A DNA stretch of 63,999 bases, the filler included, from Chrysochromulina tobinii (lineage: Eukaryota): NCBI GenBank assembly GCA_001275005.1. It is 9 parts of 9 records of this genome, joined end to end, with 100 filler letters (N's around TTAATTAATTAA, not from the genome) between each part and the next. Parts side by side here need not be neighbours in the genome. Positions count along the whole stretch, not along the records: positions 19,180 to 25,636 come from JWZX01000514.1; positions 25,737 to 37,808 come from JWZX01000515.1; 7 more parts are not named here. The stretch is one strand, 5' to 3'. The position numbers and the translations under genes are program-made. The notes beneath the pieces are model-generated. The model was given only the letters and a program-made list of their open reading frames with translations. It was not told where the DNA came from and ran no database searches. Below, piece after piece: positions 19,552 to 29,978 of this stretch (position 1 is the first letter of the stretch; every line of letters begins with the position of its first letter).

Positions 19552-20157
19552 GGCGCGTGGAGGTAAAGGCCGGAGGCGCGCGGCTTCGCAACATTCGCAA
19601 TACATCGCAACTGGCAGCGTCGGATAGCCCTGATTCGGAGCTCCATCCACTCGTGCGCAAGTGAGACTGACCCCACCTCCTCCTGTGGTGAAGAAGAGAT
19701 AGACGGGCGCATACATAACAGGGATACATAAAAGGCAATAAGGCATTTACATGTAGTGTTGTCCTCGTGTAAGACACAAGGGTAAGACAAACCTAAAGAC
19801 AAACCCGCGCAACACTACACTCAGAGCGCTTCGCTCGTGAGACCACTCCGACGGACACGGGGCCGCCGACGGAGCAAGATTCCAAAGTGATCGAAGACAC
19901 ACACACTGGTGCAACGCGGTTGAAACAACATACAGCAAAACGCGGGAACTTACATGTAAATAAGGGACCGGGGGGTTGAGAAAAAGTCACGTTCAGACAG
20001 CCTCGATTCCATCTGTCATCATTCCATGTTTGGTTTTAATCCTGGGACTTATCTGAAAAATCGGCAGAACAGCAGTCGTGCAGACCCCGCTCTGTGGGGA
20101 AACGTAAAAATACCTGGGAAAACTTGTGTGACGACATCGAAACGAGAGTCGTGGCGC

Positions 20158-22641
20158 ATGAATCCGTCGGTCAGCGCGGAAAAGCCATCCCTTCTAATCG
20201 CCCTCTCTTACGTAGTCCAATGCGTGTTGCTATGCGCTATCGCCGTGCCCATCGCCAGCCCCATTTGGCTTATTTGGCTTCCGACGTTTCATCTGTTCGC
20301 GGTGCACCTCTACTTGCATGGCTTGCTCGCGATGCCCCTCGCGGTCCACTTGTGCATCCTGCCCGTGACCCTGATTATGTGCATAGTGATGAGCATCGCC
20401 TTTTGCGTCGAGTGGTTCTACCTTCCACTCTCGCTGTTGTGCCTCACTGTCGGCATCAGGCTGGGCTTCTGCCGTGGTCTTCCCTCGCCGAAACATCTCG
20501 AGTGGTCCCCATCGCTTCGCGAGTCACTCTCACACCCGAGAGGTACGAGCCCTGCCGTCTCCTCCGAAGAAGCGCAGGCCGCCGCACAGCGCTACCTCGG
20601 ACACGACGCGGTCTGGGAAGCGCTCAAAGGCGACGGCGTCAAGGAGAGCGAGCGGCCGGTGCGCCTGGTGCGCCTGTCTTGGTTGCTCGCGCTCGGCGAT
20701 CCAAAAAGCAGCGTGCACGCGACATACGGCGGCGTGCTGCCACGGCGGCAGGAGCTGCCCGAGGCCGCCTTCATCGGCGTCGACGAGCTGCGGCAGATCT
20801 CACGGCAGGCAAAGCGCAGCGTGGACTGGTACCTGCTCGGCCCCATTATAAATGCTCTATTTGGTGGTGGCGGTAATCAGATCAAGCGCGTGTTGCGTTT
20901 CATTTTCGACATCTGCACTTGCAAGTTTGTCAGGCGCAACGTCGACGACCTGCTCCCTATCGTCGCCGTCTCATAGTAGGCGTCACGGCGCGTCGAACGC
21001 CCCCATGCCCCTGTGTCTCAATCCTCCTCGTTGAGTCGATGTCGGCGCCCACCTCTCACACGGCCCGCGGGCCCTCGACGGCGCCCACTTCTCACTCTGT
21101 CCGCGTGCCCCGCTTGCACTCGCAGCTGCTGGTTGGAACCGAGACACCCGGACTGCGAGGGCGAGCAGCTGCGGCTGCTGTGCACACGGCTGAAGACCCT
21201 CTTCCCAAGCCTCGGCGTGCTGCGCCGCTCTGGGCTGCTCGGCGTGTGCCAGGCCTACGGCTTCCGCGACATGGGCGTCTTCTTCGACTGGGCCTCCCTC
21301 TTCCAGAAGGATCCGAGGCTGTGGACTCCGGCCGAGCTCGTCGCCGAGGAGAAGCGCACCGAGGGCCAGCGGCGCGCGGCCGATCGCTACCGCGAGAGCC
21401 GAACACAGGCGCAAGGGCTGGCGACGAAATTCGCACTCGAGCACACGATGGACTTGTGGTACGCGCACTCCAAGACGACGGTCGTTCTGCTCACCGAGCT
21501 GCCCAAGAAGCTGCCGGACTCGTTCGATGCCAAGCGCACGTACGAGAGCCGCGGCTGGACGACGTTCGAACGGTGCTCTGCGGAGCTCGGCAAGACGTTC
21601 ACCCTTCAGCAGGCGGGTTGGCCCCTCGTCATCGACCTGATGAGCCCTGATTGCCTCCCTCATCAGCCTGATTGCCTCCCTCATCAGGCGGGCTGGACCC
21701 TCGTCATCGACCTCGGCAAGCAGCGTGCAGCACTTCGCAGGCTGCCGACAACGCCCGAGCGGATGGGGGAGCTCCTCAAGGAGCGCAGTTTCACCAACGG
21801 CGCCGACCAGGCGCAGGTGCTCGATCTGTACGAGAAGACGGCACGCGCCGTCCTCGGTTGCGTCAAGGAGCTCTCTTTCGTCGGCATGCCCTTTGACGAA
21901 AAGGACCCGTGGCGCTCGCCGGAGCGACTCGGCCAGGCGCTCAACTTTTGCGTCAACCTAAAGAAGCTCGACCTCGGCATTACCGGCCTCACCGACGAGC
22001 ATCTCGCCTCCATCAGTGGCGTCCTCTCCTCCAGCGCGCTGCCCCAGCTCGAGCAGCTCTTCCTTGGATTGAACCACCTCGGCCCACGCGGCATCGAGGC
22101 CCTCTGTAGCGCGCTGGTCAGCGGCGTCGCGCCCGGCATCAAGTTTTTGCAACTAAGCGCCAACGACTTTGGTGACGCGGGCCTGCAGTCCTTCGCGGCC
22201 TTTATCGCCATGGGCATGGCGCGCGAGCTGCAGGTGGTCGAGCTGAACGGCAACGACTTTGGCGATGCCGGCGCATTCGCCCTTGCAGACGCGCTGCGGC
22301 TGCGGCTGGCGAGCGGCGAGTGCATGGTCGGAACCAATATCCACTTTATTTACCCTCTCAACCACGTGGGCATTCGCGGTCGCCTGGCGCTCTCTGCTGC
22401 GATCGAGGCGCAGAACAGTGCGCCGGACTTCTTGAAGTTCTTGCTTTCTAACTCTATGAACGCCCTCTATCCGCGCGACTTCAAGGCGGTCTCCATGCGC
22501 ACCTTAAAGCACAAACTTTTCTCGTCATTCCACACGGAGTTCCGCCACGTGCAGCGAGGCAAGCATGCGCGACCTTTCGATGGAGCCGCGGAAGATCTGG
22601 CCGCAGAACATGCACAGGACCTTGAGGCAGCCAGCTGCTAA
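20158..22641 (+). CDS. TM + HET/TIR-like + ribonuclease-inhibitor-type LRR protein; introns 20976-21125 (GT-AG) and probably 21613-21687 (GC-AG)
   Basis: N-terminal hydrophobic helices; PVRLVRLSWLL, LPRRQELPEAAF, splice-restored IVAVSYCWLEPRHPDCEG, VFFDWASLFQK, MDLWYAH, YESRGWTTFE, FTNGAD; LRRs such as LQLSANDFGDAG and VELNGNDFGDAG. Start could be the upstream ATG at 20026. Confidence 0.85.
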
Positions 22642-23121
22642 GGTTGCGCCGGCGGCGTCCGCCGTCCACATGGAAGGCGAGCAAAGGCTAAGCAAGCAAG
22701 GCGAGTCCCCCGCCGATAATGACCGTCTCGCACGCGCAGGAACTCCTCAACATGTCGCTGCACGTTGAGCAAGTACTCGATGTTCTACATGAGCTGGCGA
22801 GCAAGTGGCTCGTCAACGCGGGCATCACAACTTCCGTGTGGGTGGGCAAGCGTGGGCGCCGAATACGAATACGGGATAGTGCGCAGTGATAGAACATTTC
22901 TGTCTTGAATAACATGATTGAATAGGTACCCCGACGTCGAGCGCATCCGCATGGAACGACAAACCACAGTTTGGCGACTACAGTACCCTCCCAGGTCATG
23001 CTCATGGGGCATGTCCAGCAATCGCTAAGCCGCCGGCCTGCAGGGCACCAATCGAAGGCGTGCGGCGGATGGGCTTCATGGTCAGCTGCAACCCCTTACA
23101 GCCAGCCAAGAAACCCACCCT

Positions 23122-23185
23122 GTGCCTCAGCCGCGTCCTGCCCCGCGAGTCACGAGGTTTGCAGAGACGCCACGTCATGAAGCAC
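23122..23185 (-). promoter_or_regulatory. SECIS element (type II) in the 3' UTR of the selenoprotein gene
   Basis: Minus strand GUGC-uuc-AUGAC-GUGGCGUCUCUGC-AAA-CCUCGUGacuCGCGGGG-CAGGACGCGGC-UGAG-GCAC: UGAC/UGAG quartet, helix II, unpaired AAA, apical mini-stem, GUGC/GCAC helix I; 75 nt after the stop. Confidence 0.85.
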
Positions 23186-23259
23186 GCCTTCCATCGGCCC
23201 AGTCGGCCATCGGCTCGAGGTGCGAGCCGTGCATTGGCCCCTCCCCCGTCGTATCCCTC

Positions 23260-23643
23260 TCACGCCGCCGACGCAGGCACCTTCTTCAGCACTTCCGCGA
23301 CCAGCTCCTTGATGGCCACCCTGTCATAGGCGCCGCCCATGCGCAGATTGCCGTTGTGCTGGAAGCCGTCGCGCTTGGCGAGCACGGTCTCGCCGTCGAT
23401 GAGTGCAACGAAGCCGTGCTCGGTCCTGTCCTCCCACGACGTCTCCTTCTCCACGTGCTGCAGCTGCACGTTGAAGCCCGCCGAGAGCAGCTCTTCGATG
23501 AGTGGCTGGACGCGACTAGGGTTGTGATTCCACCGGCCTCAGTTCATGTAGGCCGCGTACTGGAGGGTGATGATCTTGGCGGCTGCGTCGCCACATTGGT
23601 GGAGCGCGTTGTTTACGTCCTTCGCCGTGTCGGTGCACGCCAT
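23260..23643 (-). CDS. 127-aa selenoprotein, UPF0728/C10orf53-like (Sec at codon 35, TGA at 23541-23539)
   Basis: Manual translation MACTDTAKDVNNALHQCGDAAAKIITLQYAAYMN-U-GRWNHNPSRVQPLIEELLSAGFNVQLQHVEKETSWEDRTEHGFVALIDGETVL...PASAA*; single in-frame TGA, coding-like sequence on both sides, downstream SECIS. Confidence 0.82.
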
Positions 23644-23972
23644 TCTCTCTTGTCTTTTCCGAGCTCACGTTGCTTTTCACGAGCCCCTGAGGTTGGGGAG
23701 AAAGCGAGCGCAGTTGTCTTTTCGAGCGCGCTCGCTAAAAACATACTTGCAAGTCAAATTCAATGGCGATTGCGCATCCGCCTCCTTTTGGGCGCACTCC
23801 GGCCATTGCCACCGGCGCGAGGTGAGGGGGAGGCGTAGGGGAGGCGCGCCGCCTTACCTCATAACTTTGGTCATAATATGGGCGACCCGCGTTTTAGCTC
23901 AGCACGACGCGCACGTACGCTCGCGCGCGTCCCCCCGAAGAAGCGCCAACTAAGAACTTTGCACGCCGATAC

Positions 23973-25229
23973 ATGGGCACCATCTCGGAGATGGATGACG
24001 CGGCGCTCGAGCGCCTCATGGCCCTTACTGCGCAGCACGAGGACGATGAGGATGGTGGGGACATGGCGTACGGATTCGCCGAGCTGCCTGCAAATCTGCC
24101 GCCGCCTGATAAGACGGAGGAGGAGGAGGTGGAGGAGCCAGCGCCGGTGAAGCTTGGCATGCCCAAGATGGGAATGCCCCCGCCGCCAACAGTGGCCGAG
24201 CCGGCTCCTTCGTTTGTGGTCAATCTGCCTGCGCCATCGTTTGTGGTGACCATGCCCACCAACTCGGTCGCTGGCGGTGGTGCCGCCGCGCCGTTTGATG
24301 ACGACGACGACAACCTGCCGGCACCGTCCGACTCCGACGACTTCCAATGCGATCTCCTCTCCCGAGCCATCAGCCGCGACGAGTCCATTCGCCTGCATGG
24401 CGAGCTGTCCGCCTTCCTTGGCTCCTCGTTCCAAATTGGGACGGTGCGGCAGGAGATGGAGACGCTGCGTGCGACGCTGGATGAGACGCTCGAGAACGCG
24501 CTCGAGATGGAGAGCGAGAACGAGATGCTGCGTGAGGCTGCATTGAAGTCGTCGGACGCAGCCGCTGTTAGCGCGGCGCAGAAGGCATGGCAGGCGGAGA
24601 AGGCAAGCATGGAAGCGGAGATCTCCCAGCTGCGAGCTCAGGCGGCCGCGTTGAAGGAGGCGGCAGAGGCCGAGGTGTTGGCCGGGTCAGCAGCCGAGGC
24701 GGCCAGGGCTAGATCGGCCGAGGCGAAGGCCAAGGCGGCCAAGGCGATGGCCGAACTGGAAGCAAGCCGGGCTCAGGCGCAGGCCGATGCGGAGGAGGAG
24801 ACGGTGCGCGCGGCCGCAGCAGAGGTACGCAAAGCGGCGGCCCTCGACGCGCATCGAGCCGCCGAGCGCGCGCTCGCCGTTGATCTCGGAGTCCGTCCTC
24901 ATTTGGAAGCCCATCCGGACGTCGAGCCGCTCCCGCTCCAGTCCTTCGATTTCTCGGACATTCCCCTCGGCTCTCCTCCGCCTCCGCCTTCGGACGACGG
25001 ACCGCCCAACACGGCGCCAGGCGAGGGCGCAGGCGCGACGACGAGCAGCACGAGCGTGAGCGCCAAGGTGAGCGCCGGGGTGTGATGTGATGCGAGCCCT
25101 CTGTGATTGCATCGGATTGCCCTTTTGATCGCATCGGGCTGCCACTTTCTGATCGCCCTTCAGGTGATGGGCGGGTTGGCCAGCGTGGCTCGATCACTCA
25201 GCTTTGGCAAGCGGAAAGCAAAGAAGTGA
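23973..25229 (+). CDS. Acidic/coiled-coil hypothetical protein; intron 25068-25163
   Basis: Long ATG ORF with Ala/Glu-rich helical region; AAG|gtgagc...ttcag|GTG intron adds terminal exon VMGGLASVARSLSFGKRKAKK*. Confidence 0.65.
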
Positions 25230-25636
25230 ACCAATTGACGAACCGATGACAAACCTGTGGGCGAGCGGAAAGCAAAGATGTGAACACCGACGACGGCGGC
25301 ACGCTCGACCACTGTCATTGACTTTTGACACTCGATCTTGGCCATGGGTGTACGGGACTGTATGGGACGGGAAGTTGAGTAAAGTTAAGCGAGAGAGCGA
25401 GACTGTGATGAGCGAGCACGCGATCGCGTCGCGCGTTTTCGCCCGTCTGTGAAGTCTGCTCAAGATCTGTGATCTGATGTGTCCGGTGTCTCGTGGGGCG
25501 TTTTATGATATTCGTGTGCCGCGGCTGAAAAAAAGAACCACGACGCTGCAAGGGAGTGACTGTGAATTAGACCATTTCCCTCGCTTTGTGACCATCGGAA
25601 AAAATCCAGTGGCACCCGCGCGTCCGTCATGCCGCC

Positions 25637-25736
25637 NNNNNNNNNNNNNNNNNNNNNNNNNNNNNNNNNNNNNNNNNNNNTTAATTAATTAANNNNNNNN
25701 NNNNNNNNNNNNNNNNNNNNNNNNNNNNNNNNNNNN
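25637..25736. other. Artificial contig-joining spacer
   Basis: N44-ttaattaattaa-N44. Confidence 0.98.
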
Positions 25737-26354
25737 TGGCGGTCGTGGTCGCGGAGGCGGCGGTGGCCGCGGCAGTGGCAGCTTCGAGACGACCACCAGC
25801 GAGTCGATGGGCGTCGATCTCGGCCTGAATCTCGGCTCGTTGGGCGGCGGCAAGAACGCCAAGGGTGGGGGTGGCATGGGAAGGGGAGGGAAGGGCACCG
25901 CTTCAGGCAGCGACGCCAAAGGGGGAGGCGGTGGCAAGCGCGGCGGAGGAAGTGAGGGCGGACGCGGCTCCAGCGTCTCGTCAAGCCGTTCTGATACTGC
26001 TGGCGGCTGGCGGCGAGAGGGGTGACCACACGCAACAACAACAACAGCGACAACTCGCTCAGTTGGTTGACCGTCGCTGGACGCGGCAGCCCGTGCACCA
26101 CCGATGCTCGACAACGTGTAAACTAACTTGTATGCCGCGCTCGAGGGAGGGAGCGCGATCTGTGCGTTTCGAGTGTCTAAGCGTGTCTAAGGAGTGTCTA
26201 AGCCTCCCGTCCCATATGAGTCCCATATTATTTAGGTCTAACAAGTAACATACGCTCTGCTCTGGCACTCAAATTCTTCGGAGATCGACCAGTGTCGCTG
26301 GTCCCGCCCGGTGTGCCGGATGACGCATTCAAAGTACCGGTAGGCGACTGGTTC

Positions 26355-27239
26355 TCACGACGTGTTCCGAATGCCGAGCATACGCATGAGCGCGGCGCCA
26401 AGATCCGCGTCGAGCGGTTGTGGCTGCGTCGTCGTCGGCGGAGGCGACGCGCTCGTGACGACGCTCGAGGAGCCGACACTTGCCATGGATGGGCGCCATG
26501 CTGGGCGACGCTCTCGAAGAGCGCGCAGAATCTCGCAGTCGGAGGTGCGCGTGAAGCCCTCAACGGCCTTCTCCTCTGCGAACAAACGGCCGACGGCCAG
26601 CCGGACATCCTCGGCATCGGCGACCGCCGCCAGCACGCGGCGCAGCGCGCCCTTGGGGCTGAGTGCGCCATGGCTGGCTGGGTCTGGGTCTGTGGGGCCT
26701 TGCCATTCAGTTGGATGGATGGCCGTGTGCGCGGGGTTCGCGACCACCTTGTACGGTGAGTCGTCCACAAGCAGCGTGTTGCTCGGTCCAAAGGGAGCGG
26801 CCCATGCACCCATCGACCATAGCCGAGAGAGCTCCTTGAGCATCAGGCGCCGCGTGCCCGAGATATCGTCTGGGTGCGCCTCGCCAGCATCGGTGCAGTG
26901 CGACTGGTCCAGGATGGCCATAGGCGGCGGCAGCCCAGCGAACGCCAGATCAACCATGGGCTGCACGTTTTTGGCTTGGGCTGTCGACCAGACGGCGATG
27001 GCAAAGTGCTGCGAACACCACGCCAGAAACTCTTGCGCGTTCGGACGGCGAAAGATGTGGAACTGGCCCACTGTAGCGTCGGGCGCGCACGGCAGCGAAG
27101 CCAGATCCACCTCTCCTTTGCGCACGCGCCAGAAGAGAAGTCCATTGAGATCGAGGACGAGGAGCTTCTTAGGCTTCCGCAGCCATCGAAGAGGCGGCAT
27201 CGGGAGGGACTGCGGAGGGGGTGGTCTGTTGTCCGACAT
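26355..27239 (-). CDS. HAD-superfamily NLI-interacting-factor (FCP1/SCP-like) phosphatase-domain protein
   Basis: KKLLVLDLNGLL, RRPNAQEFL, IAVWSTA, DQSHC, LKELSRLW, NTLLVDDSPYK..NP. Confidence 0.85.
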   Translation of the reverse strand: MSDNRPPPPQSLPMPPLRWLRKPKKLLVLDLNGLLFWRVRKGEVDLASLPCAPDATVGQFHIFRRPNAQEFLAWCSQHFAIAVWSTAQAKNVQPMVDLAFAGLPPPMAILDQSHCTDAGEAHPDDISGTRRLMLKELSRLWSMGAWAAPFGPSNTLLVDDSPYKVVANPAHTAIHPTEWQGPTDPDPASHGALSPKGALRRVLAAVADAEDVRLAVGRLFAEEKAVEGFTRTSDCEILRALRERRPAWRPSMASVGSSSVVTSASPPPTTTQPQPLDADLGAALMRMLGIRNTS

Positions 27240-27413
27240 GTTCGTGATCCGAGCACACACTTGTGGTTCCAGATTTCGTCATTCACAACACGTCACGAAG
27301 GGAGAAGTCGTTTAACACATGCAGGCGGAGAGAGGCGAACCAGCCAACAGCAACATGAGCGAATGCGGCGAGACCCATTGTGCGCGCGCCGTGCAGCCAA
27401 ATCTCGTCAAAGT

Positions 27414-29785
27414 TTACACGAGGGCTGGCTGGGGCGCCTGGAGATTAGGATCTTGCATCGGCGGCAGGTTCGTCTTCCCGGGGAAGCGCTCCTTGACCCT
27501 GCAGAAGAGGCCGGTGGCCGTGTGGATGGTGGCGGCCGACTTCATGCCGACCATGCCGATGGATTTGTCCGGATTCTTGGGGTCGAGCTTGTCGGGGTAC
27601 ACGGGGCCGTTGGGCATCTCGAGGTCGAATTCGAACCGACGCAGCAGCATAGCGGCCGAGACCGCAGCCTCGAGCAGCGCGAACTGGTCGCCGACGCACT
27701 TGCGCGGCCCCGCTCCAAAGGGCATCATGGCGTGGTCGCTGGCAATCTCGAGGTTCTGCACCCAGAGTCCAGGCGGTCGGCGATTTGGGTCGTATCCCTT
27801 CCATCCTTTGACGGCCTCGTTGAAAAACGGCCGGTCCCAGCGCTGCGGATCGAAGACGTCGGGGTGTTCCCACAGCTGCGGGGACCGTCCCATGTTGTAC
27901 GTCGAGATGAAGAGATCATTCGCGCGCGCGAGCTTCGAGCCGCCCTCGATGCCCGTGCCGCCCTCGGGCCACGTGTCTTCTTCGAGCGCGCACCGAATGA
28001 AGAGCGGCGGAGCGGGCCACATGCGCAACGTCTCGGCAAGCACCTTTTGGAGCTCGGGCATGTTCTCGATGTCTTCGAAGGTGGCGTAGCGGTCACCGAT
28101 GACGGCATCAATCTCAGCCTGGACGGTTCTGAGAGCCGCCGGATGCTGCGAGAGCGCGTACGTCATCCAGGTGAGCACGGCAGCGGTCGTCTCGTGCCCG
28201 GCGATGAGCAGCGTAATCAAGTCGTCGCGCATCTGCTTATTGTCCACCTCCTCGCCGCGCAGGTCGATGAGGAAGCGCAGCATCGAAGGGTCGCTCACCT
28301 GCGAGACGCGCGCGCCCAGACGTTCTCAGAGACGTTCTCAGAGACGTTCTCAGAGACGTAATCAGAGACGTAATCAGTGAGGGAATCAGTGAGGTGACCA
28401 GCGAGCCGAGGGCACAAGTGTCATCTCTCACGGGACGCACATCCAAGCGCTACCCAAGTGCAGACTCCAAGTGCCGACTCCAAGTGCCATCAACCATGAA
28501 CCATCGCAGATAGCCATCCAAGCACGCTCTCATACAAAGGACAGGCGGCCATCGCTCCTAAATAGGAACTGTTGTCACGTGGCCACGTTCACCTTCGAGT
28601 AGTCCTTATTCTTGAGGTCCTTGCGCAATCAGATGGCACTCAGAGGGCACTCAGAGGGCACTCAGACGCACTCAGACCGCTCACCTTCGAGTAGTCCTTA
28701 TTCTTGAGGTCCTCGAGCTCCGCGGGATTGCGCGACTCGAGGCACTGGTCGATCAGCCGGTAGAGGACGTTGTTGAGCAGGTCCATGTCCTTGTTGAACT
28801 CGACGAGGCGCGGGATCAGCTGGTTCGCGCCGGGGATCTTCCAGTAGGGCGCGGGCGTCAGAGCACGGTGCTCCACCTCGCCAAGCGTTCGGATGGCCGC
28901 CTTGACCACTGGGGATTCGTCATTGACGGAGCCGAACTCATAGTTGAAGACGGCCTTGCCGATGACGTCGAGGGCGAGCGAGCCGTACCGCTCCTCCATG
29001 TCGAGGATCGCACCTTTCTTAGACGCCTGCAGCAGCTGAGGGATCAGCGCCGCATTCGCCTGCCCGAATTCGCTCACCATGCGCCGTAGGTAGAGCTTGT
29101 GGAAGCCGGGCGCGATGGCACGCCGCCGCTTGGACCACGTCTCCTTGTCGGCAGGGATGAGGCCCTTGCCCATGATGTCCTCGAGCACCAGCGACAGGGC
29201 CCCCTTGTCGTAGTTGTCGTTGTTGTCGCGCAGGATGTGGCGTGCGACCACCGGGTCGTTGACGACCATGAAGGACTTTGGTCCGAAGCACATCTTGTAC
29301 ACGGAGCCGTACCGGTCGAAGTAGGTCTTCAGGGCGAGAAAGATGGCCTGGAAGTCGAGCCCCTCGACGTCCGCCGCCGCGAGCGGCGCCTTGTCCGGCG
29401 CGGGGATGTTGCCGAAGATCTGCTCAATATTGGTCTTGAATGTGCGCGCCACATCGCCCAGGCCCAGCGGCTCGCCCTTCTTGCCCGCACGCAGGAACGG
29501 CATCGCGTCCCAGAACCAGTCCCAGATGGCTGGCAGCGGTTCCGGCTCCTTGGTTTCGCTCAGCAGGATCGTCCGTGCCAGCGACTTGGACATCGCGATC
29601 GGCATGTTGTTGATCCACATGTCGAGCGTCGGCTCCTCGGGAATGAGATCATTGTTCTTAGTCTTGGTCTGTGCCGGTTTCTCGGCGAGGCTCACGGAAG
29701 CGCGGGGGACGACCGCGGCACGCTGCAACGGCGCGCCCACGTGCAGGCCCAGGAGCGCAGGCACGAGCACCATCGGCCACATCAT
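27414..29785 (-). CDS. CYP97: Cytochrome P450, CYP97 family carotenoid hydroxylase, plastid-targeted; intron 28299-28684
   Basis: YKMCFGPKSF..DPVVARHIL, YDKG.L..LEDIMGKGLIPAD, RDDLITLLIAGHETTAAVLTW, ETLR, FDPQRW, heme motif PFGAGPRKCVG; signal plus transit-like N-terminus. Confidence 0.93.
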
Positions 29786-29978
29786 CCTCCTAGAGGGAGA
29801 ATGTCCGAGATGAGGGGCTCTTCGCGGAGGTCATTCACGCCGAAAGTTTCGAGTGCCGTTGCGCGACGAACCGCGATTGTGAGCCCTGCTCAATTGACTC
29901 CTTCAATCGTCGAACTCACGGTCTCGTCAAACTTGAAAGAGAGTTTCGTTCCTAAAAGTAGTCATTGTGTGCATAGAA

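Noticed and set aside
20974..20979. Tandem TAG TAG as possible stop readthrough
   Set aside because: Explained by a GT-AG intron that restores SYCW
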